NCBI GenBank assembly: GCA_964467735.1
Contig: CAYXSR010000003.1
Span: forward strand, 1,078 to 65,077
Length of the DNA stretch: 64,000 nucleotides
From: an uncultured Pseudomonadales bacterium
Lineage (GTDB): Bacteria > Patescibacteriota > Microgenomatia > UBA1400 > CAYXSR01
Reading direction: 5' to 3'
The notes under the pieces are model-generated. The model saw nothing but the letters and a program-made list of their open reading frames with translations. It made no database searches and was not told the origin of the DNA. Of the stretch, positions 49,316 to 58,893 are shown piece by piece. The position numbers were made by a program, and so were the translations under genes. The stretch's first letter is position 1; the number at the start of each line of letters is the position of its first letter.

Positions 49316-51485
49316 TTTCTTCCTCCTTTTGTTGTTTTGGTGTTTTTGTATATCTTTCTCTAGATAATTTTAAAACTTTCATTCTATTTTTATTAGTACA
49401 GCTAGGCAAAGACAATGTCTTAGCTGAAAAAGGCTCTGACGTACGATTATCAATTGATAGCTTAATAATTGTTTGAAAATTGTCCAAAGCTACTAAGTCC
49501 TCTTCACTATAAGTTTTACCAAATTCTCTTGATAAATATTGAGCATCCTGAGCCCCAACTAGAAAAGAAATTAAAGTCCCTGCATTTCCAAAAATTGCTT
49601 TCTGAATTTCCTCTGGAAGCTGACCCATATATTGATTGGCAACAGTAATATTAAGCCGATATTTTCGAGCTTCTGATAAAATTTTAGCAAAAGAGTCGGT
49701 AGCAAAATTTTGAAACTCATCAACATATAAATAAAAATCTTTTCTTTGAGATTCAGAAATTTTAACTCTGTTCATCGCGGCCAACTGCATTTTAGTGATA
49801 AACATTGCTCCTAATAAAGTGGCATTATCTTCTCCTAAACGACCTTGAGAAAAATTACAAATTAGAATTTTCCCCTTATCCATAAATTCCTGAAGATTTA
49901 TTGTTGAATGGGGATAACCAATAATTTCTCTAATCATTGGTGAAGTTACAAATTGACCAACTTTATTTAAAATCGGCGAAATTGACTCTGATCTTAATTT
50001 AGCAGGCATTTTGTTATACTCATTCAACCAAAAGTTTTTTAAAACATTGTCGCAATATTTTTCAATTATTTTTTGGCGAAAATTATCATCTCCTAAAATT
50101 CTTGGAACATCAACTAAGGTACTTCCTGGTCGTTGAACTAAAGTCATAATTGTGTTACGTAAAATATATTCCAACCTTGGTCCCCAAGAATAAGAATAAA
50201 GTTTATAAAAAATTGAAACTATTCCTGAAGCAACTAACTCTGCGTGTTCTTTTTCTTTAACCTCTAAAGGATTTAAATGAAAAGGGTGCTTTATGTCAGC
50301 AGGATCTAAAAAACAAACATCATTTAATCGATAAGAAGGAACATAATCCAGTAAAACATCACATAAATCACCATGAGGGTCAATCACTGCTAAACCTTCA
50401 TTGTGACGGATATCATTTATCGCCATATTAGCAATTAAAGTTGTCTTACCAACACCAGTCTTACCAATAATATAAACGTGTTTTCTTCTATCCTCTCTTT
50501 TAATTCCAAAGTTAGTTTGTTTATTTTTAAATTCTGTTTGAGCAAAAAAATTAATTTCTTTTTTTTCTTCTTCAGAAAGATCGTCTACTACTGGTAAATT
50601 CTCCGGTGGCTCTCCAATTAATTTACCTCCCCAAGAAATATTTTTAATACGAGAAAGTTTATCATTTGGTAAATGAAAAATTGTCGCCAGCTCATTGATA
50701 TTTAAGAATTGGTGTTTGGGAACTAGTTTAAATTCTCTTTCTAGAATTGCTGTTAGTAACTTCTTTTTAAAAACTTTTTCTTTTTTCAAAGCTAAATCAT
50801 TCCCTTCTCCTAAGGTAAAACCACCAAAACTACCAACTAAATGGTTTAAAAAAGCACTACTTGACTTTTTGTTTATAGAAATCGCTAAAATTCTTAAGCC
50901 TGCTCGAAAAGCTTTTTGAGTTAGTTTTTGAGTAATAAGAGCTGACTGTGGATGGCTTTTAGTTGATTGCCCATCTGGAGTTGGTACCCCTTTTTCCAAA
51001 ATCTTTCTTGCGGCTAATTGGTAAGAAGAACCAGCCGGAACAATCACTAGCTGAATTAAAGCTTTATCATCTGGACCGGCTTTTGCTAAGGTTCCTAAAA
51101 CAGAAGCTAAAGGATCTGTGTCTTGGAAATCTTTATAGGTTTTTAAAGGCAACCAATAGGGTTTACTTAATACTAACTGGCCAAAATCAGCCTTATCTAA
51201 ATCCCAATTAATTAAAAAATTTTCACTTTCAAAAATAGAACTTTTTGGATACTGAGCAGTTAATTGAGAAAGAAGATAAGGTTCAAACTCTTTTTCTATT
51301 ACCGTGTAAAAATGGATCGTTTGATTAAAAAGACCAATTTCAAAAACTAAACATTTTTCTTTATTAACTAGTTTTTGCCAACCTGAAGATTGATAAGTAG
51401 AAAGAGAGGCAAAAACACCAGCTGCTAATTCTAAAGAATCTTCACTGTCCTTAGGAATTTTGATTTCCAAAACCTTTTTATCCAT
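49305..51485 (-). CDS. Second VirB4/TraD-like ATPase (no N-terminal TM)
   Basis: DRRKHVYIIGKTGVGKT, IDPHGD, YVDEFQNF, SEARKYRL. Confidence 0.85.
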   Translation of the reverse strand: MDKKVLEIKIPKDSEDSLELAAGVFASLSTYQSSGWQKLVNKEKCLVFEIGLFNQTIHFYTVIEKEFEPYLLSQLTAQYPKSSIFESENFLINWDLDKADFGQLVLSKPYWLPLKTYKDFQDTDPLASVLGTLAKAGPDDKALIQLVIVPAGSSYQLAARKILEKGVPTPDGQSTKSHPQSALITQKLTQKAFRAGLRILAISINKKSSSAFLNHLVGSFGGFTLGEGNDLALKKEKVFKKKLLTAILEREFKLVPKHQFLNINELATIFHLPNDKLSRIKNISWGGKLIGEPPENLPVVDDLSEEEKKEINFFAQTEFKNKQTNFGIKREDRRKHVYIIGKTGVGKTTLIANMAINDIRHNEGLAVIDPHGDLCDVLLDYVPSYRLNDVCFLDPADIKHPFHLNPLEVKEKEHAELVASGIVSIFYKLYSYSWGPRLEYILRNTIMTLVQRPGSTLVDVPRILGDDNFRQKIIEKYCDNVLKNFWLNEYNKMPAKLRSESISPILNKVGQFVTSPMIREIIGYPHSTINLQEFMDKGKILICNFSQGRLGEDNATLLGAMFITKMQLAAMNRVKISESQRKDFYLYVDEFQNFATDSFAKILSEARKYRLNITVANQYMGQLPEEIQKAIFGNAGTLISFLVGAQDAQYLSREFGKTYSEEDLVALDNFQTIIKLSIDNRTSEPFSAKTLSLPSCTNKNRMKVLKLSRERYTKTPKQQKEEENES

Positions 51486-51518
51486 CTGTTTTATTGTAAC
51501 ACAATCAGTTTTTGAATT

Positions 51519-51767
51519 TTAATGAGAAAGACGTCGAGCGCTAATTTGAGCAAGTAATAATAATTCCTCTTTAGCAGCTTTCTCTGGAGAAAAAGGTGGT
51601 AATTCTAGAACTCCTCCTATACTATAAGCCGCCCAACCTTCCACTTGTATTCCTGTTTCTGTTGAATAAACTTCAAAAGGCAAAACTAGCGGTCTAACTA
51701 AATCTGCTCCTTCTGATCCTTTACCAATTGCATAAGAAATACTTTGGCTATCTTCTTCAATAGGCAT
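51519..51767 (-). CDS. Hypothetical protein
   Basis: 82-aa acidic ORF filling a gap. Confidence 0.5.
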   Translation of the reverse strand: MPIEEDSQSISYAIGKGSEGADLVRPLVLPFEVYSTETGIQVEGWAAYSIGGVLELPPFSPEKAAKEELLLLAQISARRLSH

Positions 51768-51780
51768 TATTAAAATAATA

Positions 51781-52308
51781 TTAGTTTCTGACTAAAACAT
51801 CAACTAATTGTCTGCCAAATTCTTGAGCTGCCTGAGGACCTTGAGCAGTAACTATTTTTCCATCAACAACAACTGGTTGCTCAAGATAATTAACTCCTTT
51901 TGTTTTTAAATTTTCTGCTTTTGAAGGAAAAGTGGTGGCCTTCTTACCTACCAAAACACCGGCATTTGCTAAAATTATTGACCCAAAACAAATACCTCCA
52001 ATAATTTTATTTTTATCTGCGGCTTTTTTTACTAAAGTTAATACTTGTCCATCATTAAAATAAATAGCTGAACCGGGACCACCAATAAAAACTAGCGCAT
52101 CAGAATCTTCTACTCTAAGATCTTGCAATCTAACATCAACTTTAACTACAGAACCCAAAATGCCTTTTGCTTCTCCTACGCCTTTTGAGACAGTAATAAC
52201 TTTAGCTCCATTTTCTTCTAGAATTTTTTTGGGCTCCATATATTCTTCGTCACGAAAGTTATCAGGAGCAATAACTAATAACACTTTTTTATCTTTTAAA
52301 AGCTCCAT
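51781..52308 (-). CDS. DJ-1/PfpI family protein
   Basis: FRDEE, FIGGPG, GGICFG, VVVDGKIVTAQGP. Confidence 0.9.
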   Translation of the reverse strand: MELLKDKKVLLVIAPDNFRDEEYMEPKKILEENGAKVITVSKGVGEAKGILGSVVKVDVRLQDLRVEDSDALVFIGGPGSAIYFNDGQVLTLVKKAADKNKIIGGICFGSIILANAGVLVGKKATTFPSKAENLKTKGVNYLEQPVVVDGKIVTAQGPQAAQEFGRQLVDVLVRN

Positions 52309-52344
52309 TGTGCCTCCTTTTAAATAATTAAATCTAAATTGTTT

Positions 52345-53208
52345 CTAACCGATGTTTTGGCTAATTTTATTTTTATATTTCTCCAGAATCAAATCTGTTT
52401 GGTTTTGGGGATGAAAAAAAGCAAAATGAGGAGAAACTTCCTCAATAGTTTTTTTTGACTCCATGTATTTAATTTGCAGTTTATAAAAAATATCTTCAAG
52501 GAAGTCAAAAAATCCTAATTTTTTTAATCTTTTTTTCGGTTTCTTTGCAAAGGATATTAAAACTTTATCTAAAGCGTTTGGTAAAAATTTTGCCACCCAT
52601 TGATTTGAGGCCAAAAATTTCTCATAAGTCTGTTGACGGTTTAAAATTGGTCTTATTTGATAAAGTTCATGGGCAATAAAAAGATTACGTTTATTTTTGG
52701 GCAACTTTAAAGCCTTCTCATCTAAAAAAAGGTTCAAACAAATTTTATCTTTAGTTTCTTTTGTTCTTGGGCCTCTTCTCTTTCTTAATATTTCTAAGAT
52801 TAATGTTACTAAAATTCTTGTTAGCCACAGTCTCTTTGTTTTAGTAATGATTAACAAATCAATATCATCTTTTAGTCTGGCATTTTTCATTGCTAATGTT
52901 CCAGTTATAGCAATCATTTCTACCCAAGGAATAAAACTAAGATAAAACGCTATATTTTTAGCAATTATTATCTTATTTTTACTATATCGCTCTCTTCTCT
53001 CTCTTAATAAAACTATTTCCTCTCTTTTTGGTAAAAAGTAAAAACCATTCTTCTGAAGAATTTTCTTCTTCTTTCTTAAAATATCTAAATGTTTTTGAAT
53101 ATTTAATTTTGTCCTTAGGGGTATAAATTGGTGGATTTCTTCCTTTTTCAGCGGATAATCAAAAATATCATAGTATACAAGCGTGGCCAAAATAGCTTTG
53201 CTCAACAT
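52345..53208 (-). CDS. Nucleotidyltransferase-fold protein
   Basis: ITGTLA...DDIDLLII pol-beta-type motif; KICLN. Confidence 0.7.
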   Translation of the reverse strand: MLSKAILATLVYYDIFDYPLKKEEIHQFIPLRTKLNIQKHLDILRKKKKILQKNGFYFLPKREEIVLLRERRERYSKNKIIIAKNIAFYLSFIPWVEMIAITGTLAMKNARLKDDIDLLIITKTKRLWLTRILVTLILEILRKRRGPRTKETKDKICLNLFLDEKALKLPKNKRNLFIAHELYQIRPILNRQQTYEKFLASNQWVAKFLPNALDKVLISFAKKPKKRLKKLGFFDFLEDIFYKLQIKYMESKKTIEEVSPHFAFFHPQNQTDLILEKYKNKISQNIG

Positions 53209-54830
53209 TATTGTGTTGCTTGGGCAGTTCCTACTCCATATTGAGAAAGAACTTGAGAAATACCCGAAGTAGCAATGTTTAAAACATCGGCGGCGGTTTC
53301 TCCTTGGAGAAAACTGTTAATTGCGTCTTCAAAGTATTTGATGATTTTATCATCAATTCCATTATCCCAAGTCCGGCCACATAAATACCAAGATTTTGCA
53401 TAGGAACCTTGTTTCACAACCGCGCCAACAATTGGATCTTGTTCTATTTGAGAAACTAAATCTATCCTAGGATAAGGTTCTCCAAATTGACGTATTTGGG
53501 AAGCCGCATTATAAAAATTAATGAGTGTTTGTTTTTGTGTTAAAAATTGAAGAAATTTCCAAGCTTCTTCTTGATTATTACTTTTATTCCATACTCCTTC
53601 TGCCCAATAAGTGGCCCAGCCAATTTTCTGTCCTGGCAGTTGAGGAACTGGTAGTGTTTTAAAATTAAGGTTAGGATCGATCTTTCTAATTTCATGTGCC
53701 TGCCATGAAGGAGCAAAAATCATGGCCACTTTTTCCGTAGCAAAAGCATAAACCGAAGGTGGTAAAGTTTCATCCCAAACTTTATCGGTAGTTTTGAAAA
53801 TAGTATAAAATTTTAAGGCATCCTGAGCCGCTTCACTATTTGGCTGGCTTAAGTTAACACCATTCTGCATCATCATCAAACCTAAAATATCACTCCAGTG
53901 ATCAACATTGTTGGTTGTTCCTAAAGCTACTCCGGCAGTTTGAATTCGACCATCGACATCTTTAACTGTCAGGTCAATTGCTGTTGTTCGTAATTCTTCC
54001 CAAGTAGTGGGGGGTGTTTTTCCTGCCTGATTAAATATTTTTGTATTATAAAATAAAACTAAAGTATCAAAGCCAATTGGAATACCTAGAGCCTGATTAT
54101 TTAAAGTTAAGTCTGTGGATATTACTTGAAAAAAATTTGCCGATAGATTAATGGTTGAATTTACATTGGTCGGTGCGGGGGCTAGTTCTTTTTTTAACAT
54201 TGGTACCCAAGAATTATGAAATCGAAAAATATCCGGACCTTCACCTCTAGCAAGAGCTGATTGAAGTCTCTCTCGATAATCTTTTGGTGACTGCTGAGAA
54301 TATTCAATGCTTACTTCGGGATTTTCTTTTTTATACTCAGCAATAAGTTGGGTCATAACACTTTCTGGTTCCCATAATCCCCAATATTTTAAAGATACTG
54401 GTTTTTTTGTTGTTTTTGTCGATGTCGGACTCGCTCCTGAAGTTTCTTCTTTAGTTGACTTTTGAGTTAATTTTGGGAAAATTTTAATCCCTAAAAAGAA
54501 AAGTAAACCAATAACTAAAATTGCTCCAGCAATTGGTATAATCCTTTTAAATGGTGATTCTTTCACAAAATTTGCCTCATTTGGTGAAGAAGGAGAATTT
54601 AATTCTTCTTTAGGAACACTAGGAGAAATCGAAGGAATAGAACTAGGGGTTTCAGGAGGGTTTTTTTTTGTAGAAGCTGGAGCTTGTTTATTCCCGCTTT
54701 CTACTGGTACTGATTTTTCTTGTTGCTGGGGAGGCGGATTTGGATTCTGCTTTGAATCTCCAGAATTGCTTATCCACGGTGGGAAAACTTGAGTATTATT
54801 TTTATCAGTGGGAGAATTGCTGTCAGCCAT
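53208..54830 (-). CDS. Extracellular solute-binding protein (sugar family) with Pro-rich N-terminus and TM anchor
   Basis: YWGLWE, GPDIF, LFYN, PPTTWEE, AWKFLQFL. Confidence 0.85.
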   Translation of the reverse strand: MADSNSPTDKNNTQVFPPWISNSGDSKQNPNPPPQQQEKSVPVESGNKQAPASTKKNPPETPSSIPSISPSVPKEELNSPSSPNEANFVKESPFKRIIPIAGAILVIGLLFFLGIKIFPKLTQKSTKEETSGASPTSTKTTKKPVSLKYWGLWEPESVMTQLIAEYKKENPEVSIEYSQQSPKDYRERLQSALARGEGPDIFRFHNSWVPMLKKELAPAPTNVNSTINLSANFFQVISTDLTLNNQALGIPIGFDTLVLFYNTKIFNQAGKTPPTTWEELRTTAIDLTVKDVDGRIQTAGVALGTTNNVDHWSDILGLMMMQNGVNLSQPNSEAAQDALKFYTIFKTTDKVWDETLPPSVYAFATEKVAMIFAPSWQAHEIRKIDPNLNFKTLPVPQLPGQKIGWATYWAEGVWNKSNNQEEAWKFLQFLTQKQTLINFYNAASQIRQFGEPYPRIDLVSQIEQDPIVGAVVKQGSYAKSWYLCGRTWDNGIDDKIIKYFEDAINSFLQGETAADVLNIATSGISQVLSQYGVGTAQATQ

Positions 54831-54870
54831 TGTTCAATCTTTCCTTATTAGTTAAAATATTCTTATTCTT

Positions 54871-56664
54871 ATGATAAACAAGCTAAAAGCTATTTTGCAA
54901 GTAGAAAAGAGAAAAATTATATCCCTTGTCCTTTACTTTAGTATGGGAATTTTGTTGATGGTTTTTTTATCCACTGTTTTTTTTGTTATCTTCCAAGTTA
55001 ACTTTTATAGAAAAATTTATCCGGGAGTTAAAATAAACGATTTATCTTTAGAAGGAAAAACTCATAAACAGGCAGAAATAATTTTAAAAGATTATCTTCA
55101 AAGTCAACAGTTTGAAAAAATAACCTTCAGGTATGAAGAGAAAATTTTTACAATCTCTTCCAAAGAAATACAATTAACTTATTCTCCAGAAAAAACTGCT
55201 GAAAAAGCTTATCTTTGGGGAAGAAGCTCTAATTTATTAGATAATTCTAAAAAACAGCTACTGTCTTTAAAAAGAGAGGTCCAACTTGGTTTTAGCTACG
55301 AATTAGACAATTCTTTGTTAGAAGAAAAGATTAATATTATTACTGCCCAGATTGAGACTCCTGCTATTCCTCCAGTTATTACTGTTGACAAAACGAAGGA
55401 GGAGAAAATTAGAATTGAAAAGGGAAAATCCGGTATTGCTGTTGATAAACAACAATTAAATCAAATAATTGAAAATCAATTAGCTTTTTTCAAACAAGAA
55501 ACAATTGATGTTCCGATAAAAATTATTTTTCCTCCTATTAGTGATGAAAAAATTCAGCAAACCCAAAAAAGGGCAGAAAAACTTCTAGGAAAAACCATTA
55601 TTATTCTTTCTGATGAAAATGAATGGCGTTTAACTGATGAAGAGATTATTAATTTTCTCAGCTTTAATAATGATGTTGATGAAGATAAAGTCGCTGTTTG
55701 GGTATCTCAATTAGCAAAAACTATAAACCAACCAGCCCAAAATGCTTTATTTAATTTCCAAAATGAGAAAGTAGTCGAATTCAAAGCTGCCAAAAGAGGC
55801 GAAGAACTTGATCAAGAAAAAACTATTGATTTAATTAAAAAATCTATTGTCGGTCTAGAAAAAGAAGAAAATAAGGAGGCCCAAGTTCATCTTCCAATTG
55901 TTTTTACTGAACCTAAAATTAAAACTGAAGAGGTTAATAATTTAGGGATAAAAGAACTTATTGGTGAAGGCTCTTCTTATTTCCGTGGTTCAATTTCTTC
56001 ACGTATTTTTAATATCGAATTGGCTTCCAGTCGTTTCAACGGTATCCTTATTCCTCCTGGTGAAACTTTCTCTTTTAATAATATTTTAGGTGAAGTGTCT
56101 CAAGTTACTGGTTTTAAACAAGCCTATATTATTAAAGATGGGAAAACTGTTTTAGGGGATGGAGGAGGTGTATGTCAAGTTTCTACTACTCTTTTCCGGG
56201 CGGCTCTAAATGCTGGTTTACCAATAGAGGAACGACAAGCTCATGCCTATCGAGTTTCTTATTATGAACAAAATTCTGCTGTTGGTCTAGATGCAACTGT
56301 TTTTGAACCAACTGTTGACTTAAAATTTAAAAATAACACTTCTGGTTATGTTTTAATCCAGAACATTTTTAATCGTTCACAAATGAAATTAACCTTTCAA
56401 CTCTATGGAACTAGTGATGGCCGCCAAGTTACTATCTCTCCTTCAAAAATCTGGGACCAAACTCCTCCCCCACCTGATCTTTATCAAGATGATCCTTCAC
56501 TGCCAGTAGGAGTTATTAAACAAATCGACTGGAAAGCTTGGGGAGCTAAAGCTTCTTTTGGGTATAAAGTAGTCAGAAATGAAGAAGTTTTAGAAGACAC
56601 AACTTTTTATTCTTTTTATAAACCTTGGCAGGCAATCTTTCTGAAAGGAACTGGTGGTCAGTAA
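54871..56664 (+). CDS. VanW family protein with peptidoglycan-binding repeats
   Basis: IYPGV, PGETFSFN, GGGVCQVSTTLFRA, GLDATV, DLKFKN. Confidence 0.9.
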   Translation: MINKLKAILQVEKRKIISLVLYFSMGILLMVFLSTVFFVIFQVNFYRKIYPGVKINDLSLEGKTHKQAEIILKDYLQSQQFEKITFRYEEKIFTISSKEIQLTYSPEKTAEKAYLWGRSSNLLDNSKKQLLSLKREVQLGFSYELDNSLLEEKINIITAQIETPAIPPVITVDKTKEEKIRIEKGKSGIAVDKQQLNQIIENQLAFFKQETIDVPIKIIFPPISDEKIQQTQKRAEKLLGKTIIILSDENEWRLTDEEIINFLSFNNDVDEDKVAVWVSQLAKTINQPAQNALFNFQNEKVVEFKAAKRGEELDQEKTIDLIKKSIVGLEKEENKEAQVHLPIVFTEPKIKTEEVNNLGIKELIGEGSSYFRGSISSRIFNIELASSRFNGILIPPGETFSFNNILGEVSQVTGFKQAYIIKDGKTVLGDGGGVCQVSTTLFRAALNAGLPIEERQAHAYRVSYYEQNSAVGLDATVFEPTVDLKFKNNTSGYVLIQNIFNRSQMKLTFQLYGTSDGRQVTISPSKIWDQTPPPPDLYQDDPSLPVGVIKQIDWKAWGAKASFGYKVVRNEEVLEDTTFYSFYKPWQAIFLKGTGGQ

Positions 56665-58120
56665 AACATCTTCTTATCAAAAACAAAAAACAGTTCTTCA
56701 AAATATAAGTCTTATTTTTCTTTTAGTCTTCGGTTTTATCTTATTTTTTCATAGAATTAAAAGCATCAATCAGGATCTTGGTCGACATCTAAAAATTGGG
56801 GAAATAATTGTTTTAGAAAAACAGTTCCCTAAAACTAATCTTTTTTCCTATACTAATTCCAATTTCCCTTTTATTAATCATCATTGGCTTCCAGAAGTTA
56901 TCTTCTATCTTCTAGTTGATAATTTTGGTTTCAATAGTTTAATTATCTTAAAAACAATTGTTAATTTGTTGGCTTTTCTTCTGCTTTTTATTGTTTGTTG
57001 GAAACGATTTAACAAAACTATTACTCTTCTTGTTGGATTTTTAACTCTGCTTGTTTTTAGTCAAAGAACTGAAGTACGGCCAGAAATCTTCAGTTATTTA
57101 TTTACCAGTATTTATCTTTTTTTTCTTTTCTTCAAAAAAAACTATCGTTTCTTCTGGTTTTTAATTTTAATTCAAGTTTTATGGGTCAATTCCCATATTT
57201 ATTTCTTTGTTGGTCCAGCTTTGCTATTTTTCTATTTTTTGGCTGGAATTTTTGAAAAAAAAGAAATTATTAAACGAAGTTTTTATTTTATTCTCAGTTG
57301 TCTTGCTTGTCTTGTGAATCCCAATTTTTTTAAGGGTGCAATTTATCCTTTTTTTGTCCTTAAAAACTATGGCTATCAAATTGTTGAAAACCAGTCGCCT
57401 TTTTTTATGAGCCGCTATACCGGACAATTATATTTACCTTTCTTTTGGTTAAGTCTTGTCGTTGCAACTGTCAGCATTCTCTTCACTATTAAAAAACAAG
57501 AATTTTTTCCTATTATTACTTTTCTTTTTTTTACTGCTTTAAGTTTTAAAGCTATTCGTAGTACTCCTTTTTTTGGTTTAGTTTTTTTACCGATTAGTAG
57601 TTTAAATTTACAGGTTATAAAGCAAAAGTTTTTTAAAAAAACTTCTTTAGAAATAAAAACTAATTTGGTTCTTTTAATTTTTACAATCTTAATACCTCTT
57701 CTTATTTTCTCTAGCTACCAAATGGCTAAAGAAAAAAAATTTGGATTAGGAATAGAGATTGGCGCTAGTAAGGCCGTTGATTTTTTGTTGGAAAAAAACA
57801 TCCCTGGTCCAATTTTTAATAATTTTGATATTGGTGGCTATCTTATCTATCGACTACATCCTAAATATCGAGTATTTGTAGATAATCGTCCAGAAGCTTA
57901 TCCGGCTGAGTTTTTTCAAAATATTTATATTCCTGCTCAACAAAATGAACAAAAATGGAAAAACTTAGACCAACAATATAATTTTAATATTATAATTCTT
58001 AGCCATACTGATATTACTCCTTGGGCTCAAATTTTTTTGAAAAGAATCTCTCAAAATAAAAATTGGGAACAAATATATCTTGATGAAAAGGCAGTAATTT
58101 TTGAAAAAAGATCTTTTTAA
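56654..58120 (+). CDS. Polytopic membrane protein, GT-C-like
   Basis: DLGRHLKIG, HHWL, RPE, WVNSH, VFVDNRPEAY. Confidence 0.7.
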   Translation: MVSKTSSYQKQKTVLQNISLIFLLVFGFILFFHRIKSINQDLGRHLKIGEIIVLEKQFPKTNLFSYTNSNFPFINHHWLPEVIFYLLVDNFGFNSLIILKTIVNLLAFLLLFIVCWKRFNKTITLLVGFLTLLVFSQRTEVRPEIFSYLFTSIYLFFLFFKKNYRFFWFLILIQVLWVNSHIYFFVGPALLFFYFLAGIFEKKEIIKRSFYFILSCLACLVNPNFFKGAIYPFFVLKNYGYQIVENQSPFFMSRYTGQLYLPFFWLSLVVATVSILFTIKKQEFFPIITFLFFTALSFKAIRSTPFFGLVFLPISSLNLQVIKQKFFKKTSLEIKTNLVLLIFTILIPLLIFSSYQMAKEKKFGLGIEIGASKAVDFLLEKNIPGPIFNNFDIGGYLIYRLHPKYRVFVDNRPEAYPAEFFQNIYIPAQQNEQKWKNLDQQYNFNIIILSHTDITPWAQIFLKRISQNKNWEQIYLDEKAVIFEKRSF

Positions 58121-58234
58121 ACCTCTCCTTCAGTTAAAAAGCTCAATTTTTTAAAGTTTTTTATTTATTCTACAGAACTTCATTTTTTGCTCTGTTTTTG
58201 TTAAAATTAGGCCAGTTGACAATCTAAATAACAA

Positions 58235-58308
58235 GCCAATGTAGCTCAGTTGGTTAGAGCAGCTGTTTTGTAAACAGCAGGTCGTCGGTTCGAATCCGAC
58301 CGTTGGCT
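58235..58308 (+). tRNA. tRNA-Thr(TGT)
   Basis: Canonical cloverleaf, GCTGT-TTTGTAA-ACAGC, GTTCGAATC. Confidence 0.95.
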
Positions 58309-58318
58309 CTTATAAAAT

Positions 58319-58402
58319 GCGTAGGTGGCGGAGCAGCAATCGCACCAGTCTGTAAAACTGGCGGTCTAACGGCCTTCGGGGGTGCAAGTCCCTCCCTACG
58401 CA
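58319..58402 (+). tRNA. tRNA-Tyr(GTA)
   Basis: GCGTAGG/CCTACGC acceptor, CCAGT-CTGTAAA-ACTGG, long variable arm; T loop TGCAAGT. Confidence 0.9.
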
Positions 58403-58407
58403 CAAAT

Positions 58408-58860
58408 ATGAGAGAAATACTAAATCGTCGTACTATGGCTTATATAAAGGCCCTTATTCCTTTAGCACTACTAATGGTTACTGCTCCTCTTAGCGCTGAA
58501 GGAGAATGTCCTCAAAATGGAGTAGTTTTTTACGGCGAACCCGATTTTGTTTGTAGCCAAACAGATCCTGGTTTTATTCAAATGATTGAAACAAGAGAAA
58601 TTACTAATATACCTCCAGATCTTGGAATTTCTTCTTTTAAAATACCCTCTGGTTCTGTTCTAGTTTCTGATCATCCTGATCTTGGAGGTATGCATATATG
58701 CGTAGAAGGAGATGATCCTGATCTTTCTGATAATTTTGTAACTGATCCTAAAGGAGGAGTCATTATATTAAACGACAATATTAGGTCTGCTGAAGCCTTT
58801 ATCGAACCAGGATGTCCACAAATAAAGATCTTTCTACCAATAGTGATAAGAGAAAATTAA
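58408..58860 (+). CDS. Secreted protein with beta/gamma-crystallin-like motifs and C-terminal IFLPIVIR tail
   Basis: Signal peptide, VVFYGEPDF, ISSFKIP, NDNIRS; start moved downstream of the tRNAs. Confidence 0.65.
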   Translation: MREILNRRTMAYIKALIPLALLMVTAPLSAEGECPQNGVVFYGEPDFVCSQTDPGFIQMIETREITNIPPDLGISSFKIPSGSVLVSDHPDLGGMHICVEGDDPDLSDNFVTDPKGGVIILNDNIRSAEAFIEPGCPQIKIFLPIVIREN

Positions 58861-58893
58861 GTTTAGTTTATATAAGACAACTCTTCTTTGTTT

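Noticed and set aside
58303-58407. N-terminal extension of the 185-aa ORF
   Set aside because: Overlaps tRNA-Thr and tRNA-Tyr; real start is 58408 or later.
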